A stretch of 64,000 nucleotides of DNA from Candidatus Latescibacterota bacterium (lineage in GTDB: Bacteria; Latescibacterota; UBA2968), in contig OZ220741.1 in assembly GCA_965116885.1 (NCBI GenBank), positions 3,744,001 through 3,808,000 on the forward strand, in the 5' to 3' direction. Shown here in pieces: positions 38,740 through 48,142 of this stretch. The notes below the pieces were generated by a model that saw nothing but the letters and a program-made list of their open reading frames with translations, was not told the DNA's origin and ran no database searches. The position numbers were made by a program, and so were the translations under genes. Position 1 is the stretch's first letter. Every line of letters begins with the position of its first letter.

Positions 38740-40275
38740 TTAATTTATCTTTTTGAGTGTGAGTTCATAGCACGCCGCTTCCCGATCATTTCGCACGAGA
38801 AGATAAGGTGCGGCAAGTGTGGGAGCGTTCCAGGTGTGGCTGTTTAGAGCAGGGAAGCGCGCGCGTTCATTGTGTTCATCTGGCGAGGCATCGACGAGGA
38901 CGACATCGCCCGATTCGGTTTGGATGAGCAAGAGATCATCTACCAGAATGAGTTGCCCGTGGCCATAGCGCCCTCGCTTCCATTTTCGCTGTCCGTCTGC
39001 CAGATCCAAACACACGAGGACACCATCGTCCAGTCCGTAAATATATCCGTCTTTATAGACCATATTGGCAAATTTGGCTTTGAGACGAGGGCTTTTCCAT
39101 ATCCGTTCGGTAGTAAATTCATCCCGCCTATTTTTTCCAATTTGGATCAATTCACTGCCAATGCCGTAACCTGTTGATACAAAGATGCTGTCTCCGGGCA
39201 GTGGAATAGGTTGGGCAACGTGTTGCGTCATCCCACCAGTCCAGGGATATTCCCATAGCAACTTGCCGGAAATTGGATCGTGACCCGCAACTTGTCCCCT
39301 GTTAAAAATGAGTATTTGATCCATTCCCGCTATGGAGACCAGGCTGGGTGAGCTATGCCCTGCTCTTGCACGGCCACCTCCCCAAACAATAGCACCGGTT
39401 TCTTTGTCATAAGCCATTAGAGATTGCTCGTTTCGTCCGCCTGGACTCACGATTACTTTGTCGTCTAAAATGAGAGGCGAACCGCTCATGCCCCATTCTT
39501 TAACACGCGCATCGGTTTCTTTCACAGTATCGCGCGACCAGATTTCTCGACCGGTTTCCAAATCGAGACAGGTGAGGATGCCGGTTGCGCCAAAAGAATA
39601 AACGCGATTGCCCGATATGGTTGGCGTGGCTCGCGGACCAATTCCGGCAATCGCGGTTTCATATCGTGCGCGCGCGCTGTGACGCCATTTCTCTTTTCCG
39701 GTTAAGAGATCGTAACAAGCTATGGTTTCGTCTTCGCCTTTTTGCTCTTGAGTCACGGCAGAGCGTCCAACAACGGCAAAGGCGGAATAGGCTTGACCAA
39801 CGGGTACGCGCCAGAGTAATTTGGGGGGATGCTGGCTCCAATCAGATTCCAGTTTTATTCCATTGAGGATGGCGTTGCGATGTGGACCCAAAAATTGAGG
39901 ATAATCTATATCGGGACTGCCCGAAGATTGTCTCGCCACGGATATCGATGTAACAGAAGACCAGCGCCACTCTATCTTGGGAGCCAAATCGCCCGTAAAA
40001 CCGCGAATTTGAAATAATGAAACTGTCAGGATGATCAGGAGTATAAGAATACTTAGACCCCGCAGGCGGATTTTTCGACTCGCTCGGGAAAAAGCAAAGA
40101 ACCAGAGACAGAGCAAAATGGAGCCGACTGAGCAGACGAGTATCGTCGGCATAACCTGCATCTGGCGGTTGGGCCTTTCGGGAATCCAGATCGCCGATAA
40201 TACAATGACCACCAGTACACCGATAGCAATAGCGGGCCACCAGCGAATGGATTTGGGATAAAGAGGAGCAGGCAT
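38740..40275 (-). CDS. Membrane-anchored PQQ-like beta-propeller protein
   Basis: Three N-terminal TM helices, then YPQFLGP, GPRATP, HSSP, TWNAP; similar to the 26496 protein. Confidence 0.8.
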   Translation of the reverse strand: MPAPLYPKSIRWWPAIAIGVLVVIVLSAIWIPERPNRQMQVMPTILVCSVGSILLCLWFFAFSRASRKIRLRGLSILILLIILTVSLFQIRGFTGDLAPKIEWRWSSVTSISVARQSSGSPDIDYPQFLGPHRNAILNGIKLESDWSQHPPKLLWRVPVGQAYSAFAVVGRSAVTQEQKGEDETIACYDLLTGKEKWRHSARARYETAIAGIGPRATPTISGNRVYSFGATGILTCLDLETGREIWSRDTVKETDARVKEWGMSGSPLILDDKVIVSPGGRNEQSLMAYDKETGAIVWGGGRARAGHSSPSLVSIAGMDQILIFNRGQVAGHDPISGKLLWEYPWTGGMTQHVAQPIPLPGDSIFVSTGYGIGSELIQIGKNRRDEFTTERIWKSPRLKAKFANMVYKDGYIYGLDDGVLVCLDLADGQRKWKRGRYGHGQLILVDDLLLIQTESGDVVLVDASPDEHNERARFPALNSHTWNAPTLAAPYLLVRNDREAACYELTLKKIN

Positions 40276-40348
40276 AAAAATTCCTTTTTTTATTGTGAAA
40301 TGTCAGTCCGCCAAACCTCTATCTCCAACGTAAAAAAAAAAGAAAGGT

Positions 40349-40377
40349 TTGACAACCCCTCATTAAACAGATATTTT
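40349..40377 (+). promoter_or_regulatory. Sigma70-like promoter
   Basis: TTGACA-17 nt-TATTTT upstream of the 40423 start. Confidence 0.45.
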
Positions 40378-40422
40378 GCATTTCTGAATTGCAAAATGTC
40401 ATCTTACAGAAAGGAGTTTGTG

Positions 40423-41733
40423 ATGAAGAAATGGCTTTGGGTTTTAATGGGTTTTTGTCTCATTCCGATTCTGGTTCAGGCAAAACACCATGCGGCGAAG
40501 GAAACACAGAATTGGCCCCACCTGCGAGGACCGAATGCAAATGGACTCGTGGATAAGGGCAATCCCCCTGTGGAATGGAGCGAAGATACCAATATCCGTT
40601 GGAAAGTAAAAATTCCAGGTACGGGTCACGCCACGCCTATTATATGGGGTGATAAAATTTTTGTTCAGACTGCGGTTAAGACCGACAAAACCGTAGAAGT
40701 TGCCCAGACAGCCAGAAAGCCTTTACCCACTCATATCTATCATTTTAAGCTACTTGCACTGGATCGCAAAAGTGGCGATGTGGTGTGGGAAAAGACCGTG
40801 CGCGAGGCGCTACCCCACGAAGGCACCCATAAAACGGCTAATTATGCTTCCACATCGGGTGTTACGGATGGCGAACATCTGTACGCATTTTTCGGTTCAT
40901 GGGGCTTGTATTGCTTTGATTTCGACGGCAATTTGAAATGGGATAAGGACTTTGGCGATATGAGAGTTGCGGGTTCTTTTGGAGAAGGTTCATCGCCGAC
41001 GATTCACGGCAATACGCTGATTATTAACTGGGACCACCAGGGCGCTTCGTTTATTGTCGCGCTGGACAAACGCACGGGTGAGGAAATCTGGCGCAAGGCG
41101 CGACGGGAAAGAACGACGTGGACCACACCGATCGTTGTCGAACACAAGGGTACGCAACAGATTATTGTGGGCGCGAGCGGAAAGACCCGAAGTTACGATC
41201 TAAAAACTGGTGATGTGTTATGGGAATGCGCGGGACTGGGTACAAATGTCATTCCCACCGCCGTCTATGCCGATGGCATCGTCTATGTCACAAGCGGTCA
41301 TAGACAGCCGGCCATGCAGGCGATTTCACTCGATAAAGCCAAAGGCGAAATTACAGGTACAGATGCCGTGCTGTGGACAGTTAATGATAATACCCCTTAT
41401 GTTTCTTCGCCTCTTCTTTCTGGCAACAATATCTACAGCACGAAAAATACCAGAAATATTTTAGCCTGTTACAATGCCAAAACAGGCGAAACAGTTTTTG
41501 GTCCTGCGCGACTCCAGGGTATAAATCGCATATATGCCCCACTGGTTGGTACAAGTGATCGCGTGTATATCGCCGGGCTGGCTGGCACGACTTATGTGAT
41601 CAAGAATGGCAGCGAATTTGAAGTGCTCGCAAAAAATAAACTCGACGAAGGTACCGGTGCATCTCCCATTATCGCGGGCGATGAGTTGTATTTGCGCGGC
41701 ACCGAACACCTGTATTGTATTGCGGCAAATTGA
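40423..41733 (+). CDS. Exported PQQ-like beta-propeller protein
   Basis: AAGGAG RBS, signal peptide, NWPHLRGP, FGEGSSP, WTTP, YVSSP. Confidence 0.85.
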   Translation: MKKWLWVLMGFCLIPILVQAKHHAAKETQNWPHLRGPNANGLVDKGNPPVEWSEDTNIRWKVKIPGTGHATPIIWGDKIFVQTAVKTDKTVEVAQTARKPLPTHIYHFKLLALDRKSGDVVWEKTVREALPHEGTHKTANYASTSGVTDGEHLYAFFGSWGLYCFDFDGNLKWDKDFGDMRVAGSFGEGSSPTIHGNTLIINWDHQGASFIVALDKRTGEEIWRKARRERTTWTTPIVVEHKGTQQIIVGASGKTRSYDLKTGDVLWECAGLGTNVIPTAVYADGIVYVTSGHRQPAMQAISLDKAKGEITGTDAVLWTVNDNTPYVSSPLLSGNNIYSTKNTRNILACYNAKTGETVFGPARLQGINRIYAPLVGTSDRVYIAGLAGTTYVIKNGSEFEVLAKNKLDEGTGASPIIAGDELYLRGTEHLYCIAAN

Positions 41734-41734
41734 T

Positions 41735-41772
41735 CGCGGATGAAAAGGATGGCGCGGATTTCGCGGATTAAA
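41735..41772 (+). repeat. CGCGGAT-type short tandem repeat immediately after the stop codon
   Basis: cgcggatgaaaaggatggcgcggatttcgcggattaaa. Confidence 0.5.
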
Positions 41773-41819
41773 TCTGCCATAGCTGGAGCGTCCGATTTGT
41801 AAACTTTGAAAGGATTGGT

Positions 41820-42779
41820 ATGCAGCGCAACGCATTTCAAGTCGTAATCATCTTCGCGGTAGCCCTGTTCATCGGATGCGGCGCGCCTCAGGATCGAGAG
41901 GATAAATTTCTCAGCGTGGGCACTGCGCCGCCCGGTGGTGCGTTTTTTGTCGTGGGTGGCGCGATTGCCCAGGTTGTCAACGATCACATGCCCTGGGAGG
42001 TTTCTGCCGAGGCCACCAAAGGTACCCAAGAGAATATTCGCCGCCTTTCGAGTGGAGAATTGGATTTTGCGCTGGCCAATGCCGCGATTTCCTATTTTGC
42101 CGTGCGCGGGGAAGGCGCGTGGGGAGAGAAACAAAATATCAATGCGGTTATGACATTGGCACCGAATGTCGCGCTTTTTATCGCGCCACAAAGCGCGGGT
42201 GTCAATGGCTTGGGCGATCTCAAGGGCAAGCGCGTCGTCGTTGGGCCAGCGGGCGCGGGGTTTGAGTATTTCTTAAGACCCATCCTGAACGCGCACGGCG
42301 TTACGTATGACGATTTTACACCGCTTCACAATACGCAGGCGGGAACGGTTGATATGCTCGCCGACGGATCGGCTGCTGCGGCTTTTTTAGGGGGCGCAGT
42401 GCCCACGGCCTCGATCACTCAGGCCAGCGCGTCTCAGAATATTTATTTTATTCCATACGATGAATCGGCCAAACAAAGTCTTTTTGAGAGTTATCCCTTC
42501 TTTTTTGCCGCAACGATTCCCGCCAATACGTACCGGGGGCAAGCAGAAGATTTTGCCGGGATGAATGTCGGTTCTATGCATCTCATCACGCGGGCGAGTT
42601 TGAGCGAGGATACGGTTTACAATTTTACCAAAACGCTCTATGAACGCCGCGCGGAAGTCGTAAAAAAACACCCGGCAGGCAGGGCGATAAATCCCAAAAA
42701 TATCGTTCGGGACACGGGTACGCCTTTTCATCCGGGTGCGATAAAATACTTCAAAGAAATTGGTATCTGGCAGGATTAA
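41820..42779 (+). CDS. TAXI-family TRAP solute-binding lipoprotein
   Basis: Lipobox-like FIGC, GTAPPGG.F, T.GT.EN, PFHPGA..YFKE. Confidence 0.9.
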   Translation: MQRNAFQVVIIFAVALFIGCGAPQDREDKFLSVGTAPPGGAFFVVGGAIAQVVNDHMPWEVSAEATKGTQENIRRLSSGELDFALANAAISYFAVRGEGAWGEKQNINAVMTLAPNVALFIAPQSAGVNGLGDLKGKRVVVGPAGAGFEYFLRPILNAHGVTYDDFTPLHNTQAGTVDMLADGSAAAAFLGGAVPTASITQASASQNIYFIPYDESAKQSLFESYPFFFAATIPANTYRGQAEDFAGMNVGSMHLITRASLSEDTVYNFTKTLYERRAEVVKKHPAGRAINPKNIVRDTGTPFHPGAIKYFKEIGIWQD

Positions 42780-42805
42780 ATGGTTTTGAAAATTAGTCGG
42801 GCTCT

Positions 42806-44692
42806 ATGACGCGCCTTTATTCCCACCTGTTTCGCATTCTCTCCGCGCTACTCGGTCTTTTTATTCTGGTCGAAGTCAATCATCCACAACTCTCACCACA
42901 AGCCCAGCTATCGGTTTTTGCCTTGCTGGGCTTGAGTCTTGTTTTTCTCAAATATCCGATTCACTCCAACAAATCCCTCCAGATCCTCGATCTCTTTTTT
43001 GTACTGGCTGTCGTTTTCTGTTTTGGTTATGTCCTGACCCAGACTGAATCCCTCTTTCAGTCCTACTGGCTCAATGGTCAATCTCTGGGCAATCGCGCGG
43101 GACTCGAACACGCGCTCGATCACGTTGTTGGGCTCATCGGGCTTATCCTGGTTCTGGAAGCTACCCGCCGCGCCATTGGTCTCACCCTGCCCTTGCTCGC
43201 ACTCGCCTTTCTGGTTTATGCCGCTTATGGATATATCCTGCCCGATTGGCTCTTTCCCCACCGCGGATATAACTGGGAGCGCATTGTCTCTCAGACCTAT
43301 CTCCACTCCCAGGGCGTTTTTGGCATCGCGCTGAAGGTGATGTTCACCTACGTTTTTCTTTTTGTACTTTTTGGCACTGTGCTCGAAGAGACCGGTGCCA
43401 CGGGATATATTCTGAATACGGCTCGGCGCATTTTTCGCAATAGTACCGGTGGTCCAGCCAAAGTGGCTGTTATTTCTTCGGGTATGATGGGGTCTCTTTC
43501 GGGCAGTGCTGTGGCCAATACAGCGACCACTGGCACGTTCACTATTCCGCTGATGCGCTCAACGGGTTTTCGTCCAACTGTGGCTGGCGGCATTGAAGCC
43601 GCAGCGAGTTCGGGCGGTGCGCTCGTTCCGCCGATTATGGGGGCGGGGGCATATATGATGCTTGAGATCGTCGAACCGGCTGTCACGTATTTGGAGATCA
43701 TCAAAGCCGCTCTTATTCCGGCGATCCTCTATTACGCGGCTCTTTTGCTGATTGTCCATTTTCACGCCAAACGCATTGGTGCGTCTGCAGGCGATGGAGA
43801 TGTTCAGGAACGGCCTCCCAGACCCCGTGGCCTGGTATTTCTCGTCGCTTTCATCACACTTATTGTATTTCTCATTTTGGGATATACGCCTTTTCGCGCC
43901 GTGAGTATCGCCCTGCTCTTTGTTCTCATTGTCGGTGCGTTTAGCTCCACAACGCGCGTTGGGCCTCGCGCTATGATCCGCGCATTGGAAAAGGCCGCAC
44001 ACGGCGGTGTTTCGCTGATTGCGGCGGCTTCATGTGTGGGTATTATTATCGGCGTTGTGACGCTCACGGGTATTGGCACAAAACTTCCGAGCACTTTGTT
44101 GCCACTGGCGCAAAATAATATCATTCTGGCTTTGATTCTCCTTATGATCTCCACTATCATCCTGGGCATGGGGTTGCCTTCGGCTGTGTGTTATCTGCTC
44201 ATGGCGACGCTGGTGGGACCTGTTCTGAGCGATCTCGGCATTGTGCCACTGAGCGCGCATCTGTTTATTTTTTATTTTGGTATGATGTCTATGGTTACGC
44301 CTCCGGTCGCCTTGGCTGCGTACACGGCTGCCGCGATTGCAAAGGCGAGTATTATGCAAACAGGTGTCACGGCTTTCCGCTTTGCCCTTGTGGGTTTCGC
44401 TTTGCCTTATGCCTTTGTTCTGCATCCAGAAATTTTGCTTTTATCTTCTGATGTTTTCGCTATAGTCGCCAATATCCTCGTTGTCCTGCTCGGCATTTTA
44501 CCCCTATCGGCCGCGGCGGCCGGGCATGCTTTTGCCCCTTTGCCCACTTATCAGCGCGTTCTTTTACTCGCCGCAGCCCTTCTCTTATTCCTCACGCCAT
44601 CGGGGGATGCCCGCCTTTATTTGCAGGGTATCGCACTGCTCATCGCCGGTGTCATCGCAGTCTCAAATTATCGGTCTGCTCATCAGGACTGA
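42806..44692 (+). CDS. TRAP transporter 4TM/12TM fused permease
   Basis: GGPAKVAV, SGSAVAN, PPIMGAGA, GMGLP, TPPVALAA. Confidence 0.9.
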   Translation: MTRLYSHLFRILSALLGLFILVEVNHPQLSPQAQLSVFALLGLSLVFLKYPIHSNKSLQILDLFFVLAVVFCFGYVLTQTESLFQSYWLNGQSLGNRAGLEHALDHVVGLIGLILVLEATRRAIGLTLPLLALAFLVYAAYGYILPDWLFPHRGYNWERIVSQTYLHSQGVFGIALKVMFTYVFLFVLFGTVLEETGATGYILNTARRIFRNSTGGPAKVAVISSGMMGSLSGSAVANTATTGTFTIPLMRSTGFRPTVAGGIEAAASSGGALVPPIMGAGAYMMLEIVEPAVTYLEIIKAALIPAILYYAALLLIVHFHAKRIGASAGDGDVQERPPRPRGLVFLVAFITLIVFLILGYTPFRAVSIALLFVLIVGAFSSTTRVGPRAMIRALEKAAHGGVSLIAAASCVGIIIGVVTLTGIGTKLPSTLLPLAQNNIILALILLMISTIILGMGLPSAVCYLLMATLVGPVLSDLGIVPLSAHLFIFYFGMMSMVTPPVALAAYTAAAIAKASIMQTGVTAFRFALVGFALPYAFVLHPEILLLSSDVFAIVANILVVLLGILPLSAAAAGHAFAPLPTYQRVLLLAAALLLFLTPSGDARLYLQGIALLIAGVIAVSNYRSAHQD

Positions 44693-46950
44693 ATGGTCAA
44701 ATCTTCTGATCCGGATGATAGAGAGAGAACGGTGCATTCATCGGGAGACAGATTGATTTGCGCCGTTGTATTTCCCGCAGAAAGTGCGATTTGATTTTCT
44801 GATGCAGTTATTGAAAAGTCGGGAGCACGCTCTCCGGGACCTCGGACAGAGAAAATCGCGGCAATCCGACAGCGTTTTACGCGATCTGTTTCTGCTGTAA
44901 AATGCCATCGCTTTTCCGGCAATTCTTTATCGAGGGTTGGATAGCCTTTATCTGGCGGTACGGGCCATTCATTTGTCTGGCTGAGGCGAAGATCTGTTGA
45001 TCCAAAAAGCTGACCTTTTAATGATGCGCCCTTGCGGTTGGAGGTGACAGTCGTCGCATCGAGATCAAACTTTTCGAATGCGTGTAGCAACCACTGGAAT
45101 GTCGATGCTTCGGGGGCTTCCAATTCATCGATGAGAATTGTGATCGACGGACGGATCATCACGAGATGTCGCCTGTATCGGTTCAACCGGTCTCCGTAAG
45201 CGTTTTCCGCTTCGCCACAGACATATCCAAACGGATCTGTGGTCTTAAAATCGATAATTTCGCCGCCGCGGTTGCCATCCCGGTTGATCGCTCCTTCGCC
45301 ATTGACGAGAACGCAGTTATGTGAAATCGAGTGCTGTGCGTATTCGTTGTGAAATGGCGTGCCGTGATGCGGAAAGCGAAGACCTCCGGCGCAGATTAAA
45401 GCGCGTCCGCCTTTCATTATCGCAAAATCATTCTGGCTCGCATGACCGTGGCTTACGCCGCCAAAGGGCGATGAGCGGAAGAGTACCATAAAATCACTAT
45501 CCGGATGTTCGATATCGCTGTGCAATGCGCCCCAGCCAACGCCCCGAAAGACGCGGTCTTGCGGAATCGAATCCTCTTCTGGCGAGATGGGCTTATCTTC
45601 GAGGAGAATGCCGGGGAAGGGATCGATCTCTGCGGGCTGACCTTCAGGGTCGCGCACCTGATTCGCCCAGGCACGCAGCCGATGATTTTGCAATCTGAGG
45701 CCGTGAAATTGAAGAAAGGTCCTGGCCTGCGAGGCGCGGACGGGTTGATCTTCGGTGTCGCCAAATGGCATAAGCTCGCCAACTGGAGAAACGACGTAAT
45801 AAAAAAACCACGGCATGTTCTGATAATAGGATTTGAGCCATATATCGTGTCCGGTCGCCAGTTTCCAGGCGTGAAAGGGCATTGCGTCCCGCGAGTTATA
45901 AGACAGGCCATAGGGGACACCCTGTGCCCAGCCACCTTCATGTCCTGCCCAATGGGGAAAATTCGTGGCAATAAGTTTAAGTGCGTATTCCGCCCATGAA
46001 GGCGCGCGTTCATCTTCTGCACATGCAATGGCGTGTTCGAGCAAAAAGCCCGGCAGGCGACCATTGTGGCTCTCTTCGGGCGTGAATGTGTAATCGTGTT
46101 TCTCCAGCCTGCGAATCATCTGGTCCGCTCGCGCACCGAGCATGCGCGCGACGAGTTCCCGTTCGTCTTCGGTGAAAATATCGTAGATCCAGTCATAGAC
46201 TTCTGCGCCCGCCCTGAGCAATCCGAGGCCGACTTCGTCACCATAAGGCGCGAGAATAGAGGATATGCCCTCCACATCCCACTGCGCGGCGTCAACAATA
46301 AATCGCCGTGCGGCTTCGCCATATCGCTTTTCTCCAGTGAGCAAATAAAAGAGGGCGAGTGTTCGCATGCCACCATCGTGATATTTACGCATGGTTCCGA
46401 AACACTCGACATAAGCCAGCCTGCGTTCGGCAGGATCTTCAATTTGATCGTATGTTGGCTCTGGCGGTAGTTCGAGTGTGAGTGCGTGGTCAGCGTCTTT
46501 TTTCAATGCTCCGAATGCTTCGGATCGGGTGGATGTTAGCGAGCGTCGCACATCTTTTAGGTCAGATGCCAGAAAGAAGAGCCGCGGGCGTTCTTTTGGG
46601 ACATTTGCCAGCAGTGTAGCGGCGTCTGGGTGAGGTTGTTTGGCAGCGCAATCAGAAATTTCAAAAGATTGGCATTTTGAGCGCGTTTGAACCGCGCCAT
46701 TTACAATGGCCTGTACATGCCAATCGTAAACTCCAGGCGCAAAAACGCGATCTGGATGGTGTATGGGATCGGAGAGCAGGGGAGATTCGTAGTAGGGTTT
46801 TCCTTCGCGTGTGACAATTACGCGATATTGACAGGTGCCCCGGTCAGCGGCCCGCCACCAGCTAAAGCCGGGGGGTGAGAGTGTGAGTGTTTCACCGTCA
46901 AGTGGATGGATATAATTGGATCGTGGCGGACGAATGGATGGAAAGTTCAT
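44683..46950 (-). CDS. DUF4962/heparinase II/III-like oligosaccharide lyase
   Basis: P.FSW N-terminus, RPRLF, ESHN, GGWAQG..Y, PFGD, SHGHASQN, HN..LVNG; no signal peptide. Confidence 0.75.
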   Translation of the reverse strand: MNFPSIRPPRSNYIHPLDGETLTLSPPGFSWWRAADRGTCQYRVIVTREGKPYYESPLLSDPIHHPDRVFAPGVYDWHVQAIVNGAVQTRSKCQSFEISDCAAKQPHPDAATLLANVPKERPRLFFLASDLKDVRRSLTSTRSEAFGALKKDADHALTLELPPEPTYDQIEDPAERRLAYVECFGTMRKYHDGGMRTLALFYLLTGEKRYGEAARRFIVDAAQWDVEGISSILAPYGDEVGLGLLRAGAEVYDWIYDIFTEDERELVARMLGARADQMIRRLEKHDYTFTPEESHNGRLPGFLLEHAIACAEDERAPSWAEYALKLIATNFPHWAGHEGGWAQGVPYGLSYNSRDAMPFHAWKLATGHDIWLKSYYQNMPWFFYYVVSPVGELMPFGDTEDQPVRASQARTFLQFHGLRLQNHRLRAWANQVRDPEGQPAEIDPFPGILLEDKPISPEEDSIPQDRVFRGVGWGALHSDIEHPDSDFMVLFRSSPFGGVSHGHASQNDFAIMKGGRALICAGGLRFPHHGTPFHNEYAQHSISHNCVLVNGEGAINRDGNRGGEIIDFKTTDPFGYVCGEAENAYGDRLNRYRRHLVMIRPSITILIDELEAPEASTFQWLLHAFEKFDLDATTVTSNRKGASLKGQLFGSTDLRLSQTNEWPVPPDKGYPTLDKELPEKRWHFTAETDRVKRCRIAAIFSVRGPGERAPDFSITASENQIALSAGNTTAQINLSPDECTVLSLSSGSEDLTIQS

Positions 46951-46968
46951 ATTTGAGTCCTTTCTATT

Positions 46969-48129
46969 TTAAGACCACAATTCCGTGCTGTCAGGCAGGT
47001 GTTTTAATATTTCTTCTTCGTCTAATTCGATGCCCAGTCCGGGACCTTCTGGCACGGTGATGTATCCATTTTGTATCGGATTTTTGATATTTAACATGGT
47101 TGACCAGAGTGGGATATTGGCCGAGTGATATTCCAGAGCCAGGAAATTGGGTATGGTGGAACAGATGTGTACGGCGGCTATGCCGGCTACTGTGCTCGCC
47201 ATATAATGCGGTGCGATTGACATGTGATACATTTCTGCCAGTTCTGCGATGCGCCGCGTTTCTATGGCGCCACCACTGCGCGGTATGTCGGGTTCGAGCA
47301 AGTCGCACGCGCCCTTTTCCATGAGTTCTCGAAATAGCTTCGCGCCGTAAAAGATTTCGCCAGTGCAAATCGGCGTTTCTGTTTGCATACAAATTTTTGC
47401 CAGGGCATCTACGTTACCCCATTCCCATCGGATCGGGTCTTCCAACCACAATAAGTCGAGATGCTCTACGTCTTTGCATATCCGCAAACCATCAATGGCG
47501 TTAAACGATCCGTGCAGATCTATCGACAAATCTATATACGGCCCAATCGCGTCACGCAATGCTTCAATGGTCGTTACGATATGTTCGTGTTGTCGCCGTC
47601 CGACAGATCGGTCATACATATCCATTTTCCAGGGGTTGGGAACATCCAGATCGAATTTTAGGGCTGTAAATCCTTGGGCAACGCGCTCTTTTGCCCGCGC
47701 TACATAGCTCGATGTTTCATATACGGGGTCTAATTCACCCGATGCCCGGACTTCATCCCAGCGTCGATTATAGTCTTCTGGCGTCCAGTACGCGCCCGAA
47801 TGGCAATCGCAATACATCCGCACTTTGTCGCGTAGCTTTCCTCCCAGGAGGTCGCACATCGGTACGCCCAGTGCTTTGCCTTTAATATCCCAGAGTGCGA
47901 TTTCTACGCCCGCGCCCATACCCTGCATGCGCCACAGGTGATCGTGATGCAATTGGTTCACGTTGGTCGGGTCTTTTCCGATGAGCGTATTTTTCAGTTG
48001 ATCAACCGATTGTCCTCCGCGCCATTCACCCAACCCTTCGATACCTTCATCGGTGATAATTTTCAATAACGACCAGTGCCGGCAGGCAGCCCCCAAAGAG
48101 GGTGTTTTTTTTATATCTACGATTTTCAT
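46969..48129 (-). CDS. Mandelate racemase/enolase-superfamily sugar-acid dehydratase
   Basis: TDEGIEG.GE, IALWDIKGK, KFD, D.H, WLEDP, TGE, APH, PGLGIEL. Confidence 0.85.
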   Translation of the reverse strand: MKIVDIKKTPSLGAACRHWSLLKIITDEGIEGLGEWRGGQSVDQLKNTLIGKDPTNVNQLHHDHLWRMQGMGAGVEIALWDIKGKALGVPMCDLLGGKLRDKVRMYCDCHSGAYWTPEDYNRRWDEVRASGELDPVYETSSYVARAKERVAQGFTALKFDLDVPNPWKMDMYDRSVGRRQHEHIVTTIEALRDAIGPYIDLSIDLHGSFNAIDGLRICKDVEHLDLLWLEDPIRWEWGNVDALAKICMQTETPICTGEIFYGAKLFRELMEKGACDLLEPDIPRSGGAIETRRIAELAEMYHMSIAPHYMASTVAGIAAVHICSTIPNFLALEYHSANIPLWSTMLNIKNPIQNGYITVPEGPGLGIELDEEEILKHLPDSTELWS

Positions 48130-48142
48130 GTTACCTCCTAAC

